DNA of 64,000 nucleotides from assembly GCF_009834535.1 (NCBI RefSeq), contig NC_045697.1, positions 20,896,001 through 20,960,000 of the forward strand, written 5' to 3'. The position numbers and the translations under genes are program-made. Positions 1 to 13,060 of this stretch are shown one piece after another; positions within the stretch are counted from its first letter, which is position 1, and each line of letters opens with the position of its first letter. Under the pieces are notes generated by a model. It saw nothing but the letters and a program-made list of their open reading frames with translations. It was not told where the DNA came from and did not search any database. This DNA comes from Camelus ferus (Eukaryota).

Positions 1-769
1 AAGGCTGAGCAAGAAGTCCAGGCTTAAATTACACTCCTCGAGAGATGCAACCTTCTTGATTACTTTAAAATTTAGGATGTCAAGCTGCTGTCTTTTTTTC
101 CCAATAATTTTCTTTCAAAATAAAATATGTACTTTTTTTAGCCTATTCATTTTGCAAAGACCAAGTGTATGGCAAAAGCAGAATTCCTTACTTTATATTT
201 TATGGGCAGTCTCTTTACTCTTCATACATTCTGTACCTTCAGGTATATGACACTTAGTTCATATTTTTCCAGAGACCTAATTCCAATTAATGTCAGAAAT
301 GGTGTGAGGAGATTTCAAGTGATGAATGTACTTGGGTCTATTAGAAAACTATCAGGCTTTTTGCATAGAAACACAAAATCCATTCATCAAAGGATGGGAT
401 TTACTAGGTGTAAATATAGGATTTTGCAGATTGACAGAAAGAGAATCAAATTTTTTAGTGACATCAGATGATGTGATATGGCCAGTTGAGGAAGAATCAT
501 AGTTTTTATCTTTTGTATTAGAAATAATTAAAATTTAATTTTCTTCCTTATTTTATTCTCATATGTCCACTCTCTTTTTTCTATTTATGATTGCAAATTT
601 TATTATTTTTCACAATTTTTTCCACTCAGTTTTTCATGTGTGCACTTCATTCCAATTAGATAAATGTCATTATACAAATTATTTTTCAACTTATGCCAAA
701 CATATATCCAGTAAATTTCTTTAAACATCACTAGAATAAGATTTCATCATATCAATGTCATAATTATAC

Positions 770-1330
770 ATAGTTTTATTATAAATGTAATGCTTAAGAA
801 AACTCAAGCAATATAACACTTCACAAAATAAAAAAAAATTACAATTTTCTCACCCCCTTATCACTTCATCACTTCAACCATTTCCACTGAGTCATTAAGA
901 TGAAAATTTTTGTTTATATCATTTAAGATCTTCTACAAACACATGTACACACATACACTCTAATATTATTACTTTAGATTTGTGAATGTTAGAAGTTTCA
1001 CTTTATAACTCATCAAGTTAGCACAACAAATGTCATCTCTTTTCTATAGCGCCTGCATATAGTTCCATGTTACAAATATACCATAATACCCTTATTATAG
1101 TACATTTAGGTAGTTAATGGTATTTTTCGCTATTATGAGAAATATAATTTGTATGTATGTATCACACTTATTAAATAGTTGCTTAAGATAGATTCCTAGA
1201 ATTAAACTTGGATGGTGAAAAGTATGCACATTTATATTGTTGATAGGTATTGTCAAGTTGATCTCCAAAAACTATGTAAACTCTGTAACAGTTTATTTTC
1301 CCTTATTTTCATTCATTGTGTTTTGGAAAA
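770..1330 (-). mobile_element. Old L1M (L1ME-like) 3' fragment
   Basis: Degenerate antisense L1 3' motifs (gattcctagaa...aagtatgcacattt...gataggtattgtcaagttgatctccaaaa); boundaries approximate. Confidence 0.55.
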
Positions 1331-2829
1331 ATTACCTGGCTTTTTTTTTAAACAAAAAAAACCGGTGTCATAACCCTAACTTTTGTTAGCATTTTAGTAC
1401 AAATATTAACCAGGAGGGACTCAAAGGTTAAGATAGTTGCTAAGCAACTACCAACCAGCCTACCTTGAGAGCAAGCTTTCAGGGCATTTTTCTGGAGACA
1501 TAAATCCACCTTCTTAATTTTGCTTCTCACATCATATACATACAGCTCAGTGAACTGAGCCATAATCTACCTAACTTGTTTTGGTTAGATTGTTCATGAT
1601 CACTTTCTCCTGCAACGCACATAAACACCTAGCAGTATAGAAATATTACCTGCCAAATTAAATGATCTTATGAAACTAGGTATTCTTTCAACCCTGCTCA
1701 GTATTTTGATTTGCCATAGGCATGTTCATTGATATTTACAATAACACCATTGATTTTGGAATCACAGATTATTGATTTTAATTTTGCTACTGTGCTCTTT
1801 CTTTGGTGCCCTAACTTTCGGTCTTCCAGATTGACTCTTATTAAGTTATTTCTATTCTGCCTCTCTAATCTCTACAGCTTTGCCCCTGCAGATGTCCATA
1901 ATGCCTGCCTACTTGTGTTTAATTAGCTTGATGGTTATTCCCTTTCCAAAATCATTAATAAAGATGCAATACAAGATCCCTCCACCTCATCCAGAAGAGA
2001 TTAGCAGTGCCCTTGCCTGGTGTTACCTCTGTGAAATGAAAGAGGCTGTAACTTCTGATCTCTAACCTCCCTCCTTTCTGATCTTCCTTTTCCTCATTAC
2101 TAACCTCTCACTCTCAGCTATATTTTTCTCCACTTTCAAAAGCACTTTTATGCCCTGAGAGGTTTGTGTTTCTTTGAAACTTTTCTTTAGAAAGCAGTTC
2201 AAAACACTTATCTGTCATCGTTTTGGTTAATTCTCCTCATTCACCATAAAGTCTCCAAGTAGTAAGTTCTATATTGATAGTCCCATTTTACGTTGAATCT
2301 AAGGAATAAAGACAGCAAGTATTTTTTAAGGACACATCACAAGAGAGAATCAGAAATAAATTTGTACTTTTGAACTCATTCTTCAACAGCTATCAATCAC
2401 TGAGTGACTCCTTTGGCAGGGCTCAAATATGACAAAATTAACTCCTTCACTTTTTCCCAAGTAAAATGTATGATGTGCTTGTAAGCACATAAAGAGATAT
2501 AGAGCTTTACTATCACTGATTTATTATTATTCAAGAGTAGGGACACTTATTTGTGTATGTTTGTACATCTATTCTTATTTCTAATAAGTAATAAAATATG
2601 TGTAAAACTCACTTGTCTTTCATTTACCCACATTTTTCCAAAATTTTCTTAGGGAATTCTGACAGGGCTGAGATTTAAAAATAATCTATGAGCAAAGATG
2701 CTGGATCTCTACCAATATTTAATGAACTTTAGCAGCCTTTTCAAAGGCTTTAATACTTGAGGAGTAGAAATTATATTTTCAGGTTGCCTAATTATAGGGC
2801 TCATAAAGTATCTTCATGGGTACTACCCA

Positions 2830-3225
2830 AATAATCTCAGCAGCCCTTTAAAATGCATAGACTTATTCAGGTTTTATAAATGAGGGAATTGGGATCAGAA
2901 AGCTTAAAATACTTTTAAAAGGGTTAAGGGTGTCTTAATTCTTAAATGGACGAGCCGAAATTCAAATCCAAGTTTTCCTGATCCAGGTCAGTAACTTTTG
3001 CTTCTTAACACAAACAATATTCATAAGGGTTTATAATATGCCAGGAACTAAATGTTTTCTATGTTTCGTGTCACTTAAGCATCACCAACACTGAATGAAA
3101 TAACTTTTAAAAGTACTTTAGGTGTACAGAAGAGGAATCATTAGCATGAGTCCCACGGCTAGCTGAGGGTGAAGATGGGAATCAAACCCACATGTCTGAG
3201 TGCGTAGTCAATACTCATGATTCTG
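2830..3225 (-). mobile_element. Two adjacent MIR SINE fragments
   Basis: MIR core-like motifs ttttataaatgagggaattggg...aaattcaaatccaagt and tatgccaggaact...gatgggaatcaaacccacatgtctga. Confidence 0.6.
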
Positions 3226-3296
3226 ACTGCTTTCACTTTTTGACACTAATTGAACCAAAAGGTATTAAGCATGGTGAATATTTTATGCATGTAATT

Positions 3297-3458
3297 TTTA
3301 AAAATTCACTTTATTTATTTATTTATTTTTAGAAACTTTTTTTTGGGGGGGAGGGAGTTAATTAGGTCTATTTCTTTGTTTTATATGAGGTACTGTAGAT
3401 TGAACCCATGACCTCGTGCATGCTAGGCATGCACTCTACCACTAAGCTATACCCTCCC
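3297..3458 (-). mobile_element. tRNA-derived SINE, camelid Vic-1-like
   Basis: Reverse complement begins GGGAGGGTATAGCTTAGTGGTAGAGTGCATGCCTAGCATGCACGAGGTCATGGGTTCAATC (Pol III A and B boxes) with A-rich tail; TSD tatgcatgtaatt (3284-3296) / tattcatgtaatt (3461-3473). Confidence 0.85.
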
Positions 3459-3619
3459 GGTATTCATGTAATTATAACCAGTAGAGAGAAATTGCTTTTC
3501 ACTTCTAAAACTTTCCTGTACATAGTATCCTGGATGAAGTCAAGAATGTGTCTTTAGTGACTGGCTTATCAAGGTGTGACCTGCATAGCAGGAAAAATAG
3601 CTTCACCTAAAATCCTGTG

Positions 3620-3731
3620 AGGAATTTGGCACCTAAGGCTCCACCAGGCAGACCTATTGAATCTCAATCTTTATTTGACTAAGGTCCCCTGGGGATTCTA
3701 CGCAAGCACATAAAAGTTTGGAAGGCACTGC
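3620..3731. mobile_element. MER5-like hAT-Charlie MITE fragment
   Basis: cagacctattgaatctcaatct...ggggattct...aaaagtttggaaggcactg resembles the MER5 end. Confidence 0.5.
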
Positions 3732-4625
3732 CTTAGTGAGTTGGCAACAACCAAAAACTATTTTGAAAACTACAGATATATTAAATAATATTTCAAAGTT
3801 ATTTCATTTTGATAATTTTTGTGGCGATTATTTATTAAGATAATGTGCTTTTCCTCATAATGTTTTTGGAATCGGGGGTGTTCCGTGGTTTTACGAGTAA
3901 CAAAATTTGAGAAAATGTCTTCTATATTCAACTCTATCAGCCTTTTTTTTTGTTTTAGCCCTCTAGAGTTTTTCTAAAGTTTCACATTGATCTAATATAT
4001 TGACGATAATGTACTTTGTATATGTTAGCGTTATATTTCTGCAGTGTAGACTACATGTAAGAAAAAGCAGGAAATACTAGTAAGGAAACTTGAAGCATAA
4101 ATCAGACGCTGGTCTCAGGAATATTTAAAATAATATCCAAGGAAACCGTTGAAGATAATAATGTACATAAAGCAGCTTTTCTTTTATTTGAACACTAAAG
4201 TACAATAATACACTCTTCTGTAGGGTCTCATGAATTTTTAAAAATTTCATAATATCCTTATTCACTCTGAATCTGTCTCAGTTAAAACTATCAGAGAACC
4301 TTTTGTCTGTATACGGGTGATTTGTATCTGTTTAAAAAATGTTTTTAAAAAGAAGCATCACATATATATTTATATCCTCATAAAGCTTAGACACCTAAAG
4401 AAAATATTTTTTAAAAAAGAGAAAAAATATACCAAGAATACCATAAAGAATCTTTCCAATCCATTCTGCTACCAAGGTTATGTTTCGAAGTGTAAAATGT
4501 TTTACTGTTATTCATTATATCTTTTAATTTCTCTGCTTTGTATCATTTTGAAGGATTTCAGAATGTAAGGGAGTATATTATCTGTTAAAGCAAGACGAGT
4601 TTTCTGTCTTCATTTTTACCCTCAG

Positions 4626-4670
4626 GCAGCACGTTGACAAATGGACATGAATTGTGCCTCTGAGTGTCCC
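4626..4670 (+). other. Candidate 45-nt exon (unverified)
   Basis: Acceptor ttttctgtcttcatttttaccctcAG at 4625 and donor CCC|GTAAGC at 4671, in non-repeat sequence. Confidence 0.2.
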
Positions 4671-7600
4671 GTAAGCTGGTATTGTCCTGACACTGCAAAG
4701 TGTTTACCACGAAAATCCTCCACATCCATCACCCAGGGCCAGCCTTTGCCTGATTCTAATTCCACTGACGTTGAAATCTGAAACTCTCTGAGTCATTTAT
4801 TACACTTATTAAAATGTTCCATTGTGGATTAGAATAGCAATTCACTATTATTTCAGAGTGCTGCCCAAGGGGCATTCTTCGCAGCAATCTTAATACTTTA
4901 TTGAAATAGTACTTTGGTTTTAATAAACGATTCTTCGCAAAGGTACCCAGCTTTCAATTATGAAAGGTGATGTTGGCTTTTTAAATCTGGCATCTGTGCC
5001 CAAGATTATGAAAATCCCTTAGTTTAATATTGCATTTTTCTGCTCTAAATATTCCATCCTTGATATTTTAACATGGATATGTCAATTGGATTAATTAGAC
5101 TATTGTATAAAAAGTATCTCTCTTAAATTCCCTTTTTGAAATGGAGTCAAATGATCTACATATAATGAAAACTTCAAAATAACAAATATAGCATAAGAAT
5201 AAAAAGAAAATACCATTTTTTCATAGGAAATTAGGTATGCACAATAGATCATTTCTGAATAGAACATATTATTTTGTACAACAGGCTTCTCACAAACCAT
5301 GATGTGTTACAAGATTTTTTTCAGAAAACTTTGAATATATTGTAGCCTAATCCACTCCTCTCTTTCTCTTTCTTCTATTTTTCTCTTTCTCCCTCTCATT
5401 CTCCTATCGTGAATGACAGCTGACTAGGAAAAAGATAAAAATAATTTTGTACAAGTTCTAATTCTCTGCTACCACTTGAAGATTCAGTCACCAAGACTCT
5501 GAAGAAAGTTTTATTTTTGAAAGAAAAAACATTTAACTTATAATTTCAAAATTTAAATGACAAAATTATAGATGTTATAAATTAGTGCTTTCTTGGTAGC
5601 TAAAACATATGAAAATGGTATATATTTCCCCCTTAGATGTATTTCCTCCTTAGCCAATAAAGCGATGAAGCTACAGGCTAAATATAAATTATTTAGCCAC
5701 AAATATACAGGAAATGAAAGATGCAGAAATAATAGCTTTTAACTGAGAAATTATAAAGACTTTTCCTGATGCTAAGTTGTGCCTACTTCTCAACTTTAGC
5801 ATGTCCTTTCAAATACCTGCTTGTATATACATTTTTTTAACCAGGAAAAATAAATTGAAAATTAAAGATATTCATTTATTTATATACATATTAAATTTAT
5901 ATTTTTCTAAATTAAACTCTGACCCAGTAACTTTATAGCAATTTATCATATGGAACCAAAGGAGATGGAAATTTAAGGGGAACTTTATTTTTCTCTGCAC
6001 TCTTGATAATTTTTTAAAATCTTGATGGAACGTTTTCAGGTGACTATGATCCCCATTTATAGTAACAAGCAAGAAAAAGTGGCTTACAATTAGATTTCTT
6101 ATGCTAGCCAACCAGAAGAATGCCAGATAGCAAAAATTAAAAAAAAAAAAAAAAGGAGATTTTAGGACAACAGAGTGAACAGTGCATCTAGGGAGGTAAA
6201 TCTGAGGGAGGCAGATGGAAACAAGAAAGTTGCATCTGAATGAAAGTGATCCAGACTTCTAAAACCATTCAAGCACAACTGTAGTCCCACTGTTACGCTG
6301 TCTTTTGTCCTCAAAGTGGAGAATCACTGCATTGTGGTTCAGAAGACTGTTTCATCTATAAATGGTGATTCTAAGCCAGTCCCATAAATGTGAGGGAGAG
6401 AGGAGCCTCTGTGTGCCGGGCCTTCGCCTCCTCTTCAGAGTGAACACTCAGCAGTGGATCTAGGCACTGTCATACAATTTAATGGATTCACCCTGGTTTC
6501 ACAAGAAAATTTCCAGAACTTCCAAAGCTAAATTAAAAAAAAAAATCTGAATAAAAGATAAGCATAGACAGCCCACAACGTAGCTTTTGAACTTTTTGGT
6601 AGCATATTGTATTTTTTATTCTCATATTCTAAAATTGGATTTCTGAGAGGCAGGAGAGATTCCAAAGCCTTACACAATTCTGATACACATACAGAACCCT
6701 AGATGTGAGCATTAAAGTCAGGGGACATTGGATATTCTCTGACCATAAATATCAGGGGTATTTATACTTTATTGGAGAGGAAGTTGAATGGACCACTAAG
6801 CACAGTTCAAAAACAATTAAAAGTAGAAAGAAAATATTATTTTCTGAACAGATTAGGTCTATCTAGAAATTGTTTTTTATTTAAAAAAAAATGTTCCTAT
6901 AATCACCATCTTCACAGGATGAATGAATTCCCTATGTCACACCCCAAGTAAGGTGACTGACTGTCATATACACATTAATTTACACTATGTTAAAACTGTC
7001 AAGTTGAAACTATTTCTGTTCCAGCTACACATATTCAGGGCCCTCTGAGAGTATGTGAATAGTGATGACACTAAATTATAGCTAATTAAATAAACGAAAG
7101 AAAATGAAGATTTAAATAAGAAAACCTGATGAGAGGGAAAAAAATCATCAAATTGAAGTTTGATACATGGTGTCTTTCATGTAACTTCTTATTACAGAAA
7201 TAATAATTAGCCCAGTAGCACTTTATTTTTAAATAACTTACCAGTGAAAATGATACTGTTAAAAATGTCTGACAGCCTTATTAAGAACACACGAATCTAG
7301 TCATATAGTGCTAACATATTTTTCCATCTCTACTGCCAATATAATGTCCACACAAGTTTGGAGTTTCCCTTTTATGTTAAGTAACAACCTGGAGTTGAAA
7401 AAATGATTTAATTGATTGTAAATATCAATTTGGGTGATTTTTATTCAGGATAGTTTTCATGGTCCTGTTTTATAATAAACATGTACATAAAGTTCACTTA
7501 CCAGGCACCTAATTGCCTCGGTTAAGAGAATAAAATAAAATAAATAGGTTGGATTCCAGTTCATCCAAATCATGTAAAGCGTTTGTAAAAAAGGCCAGAA

Positions 7601-7959
7601 ATACAGATATTGGAATGACATTGCAATAAAAAGTGGATTTTAAAAAAAAGTTCTAGTATTTTTATCTATATTCCACCACATTTTAAATATAATGGAAGAC
7701 TTACTTGATGATTTTCAAGGTTCTGATTTGTTGTGAAGATATTTAGATATTAGCATATGGAAAATTACTATACGTTTGCTTCTTGCTTACTTAGAAAGCT
7801 CCCCAAAATAAATTCTAATACATTAGAATTACTAATTGTTAAACTGGAAATTTTATAAAATCAGATTTTAAATAATGAGAAAAGCATGCAGCATACAGAT
7901 ACAGCAGTGTTCAGTGGAAATTTTATAGCCTGGACTTCCATTTTAATAAAAGTAAAATG

Positions 7960-8590
7960 ACATTTTTTTCACTCTTAGATTGGAAATGTTAAAAAATAAT
8001 ATATTGTATCAGCATTCTCTTAGTTCGCTGGAGGGTGTTGAATTTGTATCCTTCTATGAAGATTCAAAATTTTGTATGCTTTGCTACCCATTAATTCCAC
8101 TTCTAGGGGTACATTATATAAATGATTTACAAATAAAATTGACATGTGTTGGCTAGTGACTATCACACTGGACAATGCAAACTCAAGCCTGGTTGTCCAA
8201 GTGTCCTAAACATGATTGAATCATCGCAGATGTCATTTAGCACTTCCGGGCTCCCAGCTCCTCAACATCTCTCCTCTGGTGGAGATCGTCCCTACCCAGA
8301 TCATCCTAACCCTGAGAGGTAGATGGGACATTTTTCCCGCTACTGTATTATTGCAGAAACACAGTCAATTTGCATGCTTCATCTGGGTTTCTAGGAATAG
8401 AACTGAACTTTTGTAGACTAAGTTCCAGAATATATTGAAAATGTTAAAGTAAGTTATTGTGTGTGCATATAGGTTTTCATTGTTAATTGTTACTGTAACT
8501 ATTAAAAGTAACAGCTACCCTTTAAAATTAAGTAAAATAAACATGTGTTCAAAGATATTTATTCATTGCAGCAATTGTTACAATTATTCG
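7960..8590 (+). mobile_element. Old L1M 3' fragment interrupted by the 8151-8533 insertion
   Basis: cccattaattccacttctagg...acatgtgtt|caaagatatttattcattgcagca resumes as L1 once the insert is removed. Confidence 0.55.
8151..8533 (+). pseudogene. Probable 5'-truncated retrocopy (processed 3' UTR or unknown transcript)
   Basis: Flanked by taaaattgacatgtgtt (8134-8150) / taaaataaacatgtgtt (8533-8549), 15/17 identical; ATTAAA at 8501 followed ~20 nt later by an A-rich remnant. Confidence 0.5.
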
Positions 8591-9189
8591 GTTATTCCTT
8601 TATAGTGTTATTGGGTTATGATCAGAGCTAAGTATCTCCCTTTTGGAGTTTGTTGGATTTCTTTTGGAACTAAAATTCTGTTACAATATTTTGGATACTG
8701 GAAAATACTATTATTTTCAGTGTATGATAATATGATATATTTGCTTTATATTTAACTTATTAATCAATTAATGTGAACCATATCACTTAGTGCTAAAACT
8801 TTTGCTATTTCTGCTAAAATTCTCCGGCTCAGGGAAATTTTAAGTTAACTGAGTTGAATTTCATCATACATTTCATGTACCATTCTGTTAGGAATTTTAA
8901 TATTCAACATGTGTTTGTGTTTAAATTATGTATGCCAAGAAAAACCTTGTCCTGAAAGAAATATATTGAGTATTTATGAAAATAAATTTAGAAAAATGTT
9001 AAATAATTTTTTTTCACATACTGTTTTAGGATAAAAATATACTGAGAGAAGCTTACTGACATTGTGACTCAAGCTCAAAACCCTCTACATTTTTTTCCTT
9101 AAGACAGTAAATTAATATGTTCTATTTCTACCTATGCGAGCTAAATGAATTTCTTTGGTTTACTTCATCCAAAGTTCATTTGCATATAC

Positions 9190-9390
9190 AGGCATAGTTA
9201 GAATTGTGGGGAATTGACTGAGAAAACTCAGTTGGCACCCAGGTTCTACTGCTTAATAAGAATAATAAATAATTAACCTAATTTTTCTAAACCTCAGTTA
9301 CCCCATAAGTTTACTTGAGGATTAGCTATTAGCTAAACTAAGACACAAAGTTCTAATTATGCCCAGTAAGTGGTAACTTCTCAGGATTTA
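9190..9390 (+). mobile_element. MIR fragment
   Basis: cccaggttctactgcttaata...ttctaaacctcagtt...tgaggatta. Confidence 0.45.
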
Positions 9391-9559
9391 GACTCTGAAA
9401 ATACATATTAGATTTAGTTTATTTTTATGCTATTTATGTCTTCCAAACACTTTTTTGTTCCTTGATATATGTGGCTAAGAGAGTGGAATTGATTTTTACT
9501 TCTATTAATGTTTTGCTATGTTTCCTCATATTCCCATAAGTTTTAATTTAAAATATTAT

Positions 9560-11050
9560 ATTTAAGTATATATAATATAATATATCTTATGGCTTATCAA
9601 TATTTTAACATTTCTTATTTTAGATCATGTACTTTACCATTAATCAATAAACACTCTTGCCTTAGTTAAGGTTTTTTAATCCTACTTTAATTTAGTTTGA
9701 TTTAAGGATAGTGAATCCCAAATTCAGTTTTTATTTTGCCTGGTATGATTTTCTCTATTTTGCAAATTTCAATCTCTCTATGCAATTATATCTTTTAATG
9801 TAACATATAAACATGTTTTCTTTGTAACCCACTTGACCTGTTCTTTTTAGAGGTGAGTTTAGCCCAGTTGCACATATTGCTGTCAGAGGCATATTCTGTT
9901 GACATTCAGCATTCTTCCATTTCACATTAGATATAGTCATAATTTTTCAAAATTTTATTATATACTCTGTGATGGTTTTTTTCTACCCCCCAAGCATATT
10001 TCTTGTAGTGTTTTATGATGAATTTTAGCATTTATATTTTTCACTTCCTTTTGTACTTGAATTTCATCTTGGCTGAATATAAAATCTCTTCATTACATTT
10101 TCTTTTCTTTCCTTTCTTTTTCTTTTCTTTTTCTTCATTTTTTTCATCTTCCATTTTTACTTCCTTCTTCTGGGTGTGTCTGTGTGTGTTTGTATGTATG
10201 TTTGTGTGTGTGTGTTTATGTGTGTGTGTGTTTGTGTCTGTGTGTGTGTGTGTGTGTACGTGCAGGTATTTTTGAGGCATTTCTCTGTTCTCTTTAACTG
10301 ATTTAATTCTAGATTAATCTGAAGAAAATCTAATTTTTTGATTATTTTCTCTTCATAAGTGGTTTGAAATTTTGCTTAGTTGCTATAATATCTTTATTTC
10401 CATACCTTTCAGCAACATTGTCTTTACTTGAAAATGTCCCATTGTTGATAGTCCTGTATCATTACTTCTTAGGTTTGTAAGTATTACTTGTTATTTCACT
10501 GAAATTTTTTGAATTATATGTTTAAAAACTGCAGAATAAGCCAAACAGGTATATGATAATCTTTATCTCTCTTCAACATCAAGCATTCCTTCGATGACAC
10601 CTGTGATTGATCTCTGGTCATTTCAATTTTTGCTTATTTCTTCTACATTGAGCAATTTATGACTTACTTCTTATTTTTTGTGATAGCACTGTATTTCCTT
10701 TTATTTCTTTAGTTCTGTTGCTCATATTTCATGTTTTCAATAAATGATGTATCCCTTCATTGTGCTTTTATTGTACAATGGGAATTGATTCATTAAGGTT
10801 TGTTTTTCAATTTATATTAGCATTTGGTCAAAAATTTTATTTTTGTTCTGTAACACCATTTCTTATTGATGATCTTCATCTGCCAACATTTTTATTTTTC
10901 TTTTCTTGCCCTCCCTTTTTCCTATTCTTATTTTTTTTAATTTTTCTTGCACAGATTCCGTTTTGGTTTTAGGTTAAATATTGCACTTTTTTGAATGAGG
11001 TTAAGTTCTGGCTGGACCAGATATTAGTAAAGGGTTCATGGTGGGGAGAG
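9560..11050 (-). mobile_element. Highly diverged HAL1/L1M-like fragment
   Basis: Long T-rich stretch typical of antisense L1/HAL1 ORF1; family uncertain. Confidence 0.4.
10174..10262. repeat. Imperfect (TG)n microsatellite
   Basis: Directly visible; explains ORFs 10015..10275 and 10041..10280. Confidence 0.95.
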
Positions 11051-12319
11051 GTCAGCAACTTTTTATAAGGTACTTTGTTTCAGTGATTGATAAATCTTAA
11101 ACTTCCCTTCTCCCCATCAACATAATAGACACAGTGTGAGAGCTCACAGCCATTTTTGGTTCAGCAGTTGAGTACTGAAGCCACTCAGTGGATTAAATTG
11201 AAAGAATGGAAATGAGGAAGTTTCCCATTCTTGTTGCAGTAGTACGTAGCACCAATCTAAAATAAGATAACTAATCTGTAAAGAATTAGGGATCTTGTAG
11301 ACAGTTTTGATGCTCAAAGTAAAGCCCTCTGTTCTGACATGAATGGTGTTCTATGCCTTATACCTGATCCCTTTCCTTTTATTCTATCAAAGCCTTCTGG
11401 TGGCTAACTTAGAGTCAGCACTTACTTTCGTGTGTAATGAAACAGACACACCCAAGATAAGAGTGTAGACAGACAAGCTAGGTCCACCAGACCTTACTAT
11501 TATACACATGTCCATTTTAGTAACAATAAGCGTAATCCTAAAGACAAAAAAAAAAAAAACTAGCAATAAATGAATATATTTGACTACAAACACCAGAAAA
11601 AATAAAAGAAAAAGATGAATCAGAAAATATGTGCAATATGTATGATATATTGTAAGAAGATGATTAATCACACCAGCAGAAAAAAATAAAAAATATGCAT
11701 CAAAACGATTTACAAAAAAAGAAAGATAAGTGTCCAGTTTAGATATATGGGTGTATATGTATGTGAGCGTTTAATTAATTTGCATAAAAATGGGAATAAA
11801 TTGTGTTTTAAAAATTCTGTCCAATATTCAAGGGTACTATGTATACATTGTTGACTGGAATAAAAACAGGTAGTCAATTTATCAATACACATTGATATTT
11901 TCAAATATTTGTACTATTTGACCTAATAATTCAAACTTTAGAATCCTAGTCACAGAAAACATTTGGCCTGTTTCAGATAGGGTATTCAGGGACTACCTCT
12001 CTGAAATTCAAATCATGAACTTTCCAATTCAAAAAGGCAGTTGCTCTCAGTTGCTTTCAAAATGTGGGAAATCCTCAGCAAATATTCTAGGCCCGTCATA
12101 ATATACTATCAGTACCAGACGCTACAATTCCACATGTATTATAGATTTCTGACATAACAACTCACTTCGGCTTTAAAATAAACTGGGCTCTTATCCTTCC
12201 TAGCATGCTACCCTTTGTTCCATATTTACTCTAGTTTTCTCTCTGCCTAAAATCTCCTTTCTTATACCCATTCCTATCTTTCCCATCTGAAATTGTTTTT
12301 GGTCAGTTTAGAGAAGTAA

Positions 12320-13060
12320 AGTCCCACAGTTTTCACCATCTCAGTTACTGGCTACTCCATCCTTAGAATATCTCAAGTCAAAAAAACCCTTGCAAGTATT
12401 CTTGACTCTTCTCTCAGTGAGTAAATCCAATCTATCAGCAAATCCTATCATCCTGCCTTCAAAGTGGATTCTGAATCTGACCAGAGCTCACAGCCACCAC
12501 TTCTGATAAATGCCGGTCCAAGCTACCATCATCTCTTCACTATATTCTGAAACATACCTCTTAATGAGTCTGCCTTTTTACTCTCTTCAGTGTAGGTCCT
12601 TGGTGGCTGTAAGAATGAATCTGTTAAGACATAAATCAGCACATGCTATTCTTTTTCACCCTTCAATTACATTCCTATTTCACCCAACAAAAAAAGGACC
12701 AATGTTTGAATAATGGCCTAACAGCCTCAATATGAGCTGATCCTGTGTCCCTCTGACCTCCCCTCTAACTCTTCCTTCCTTCCTCTCTTATCTCTAGGAG
12801 CACTGGTTTTCTTGCTCACCTGTACTCAGTCTGTCTATTTCCACTTTAGGGCTTTTGCTATTTTGCTACTTCTTCCATATTCTAGTGCTACTGTGTACTT
12901 GTTTTCCATGTAATCACCTGATCACATCATACTCTCCTTGGTGGCAGAAGCTGAATCCTGGTTAGCAAACTATCCCTCCCAGAAGTCGTGAGCACCATCT
13001 GCAATTTCTAACTTTGCCATAAAATATTGGTTAAATCGAGTTTAAGTGAACTTGGGTTCA
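12320..13060 (+). mobile_element. L2 LINE 3' region
   Basis: ccatctcagttactggctactccatcctt...cttgactcttctctc...atccaatctatcagcaaatcct...ggtccaagctaccatcatctct. Confidence 0.8.

Noticed and set aside
3385..3458. tRNA gene
   Set aside because: The tRNA-like head is followed by an A-rich tail and flanked by a TSD, so it is a SINE.
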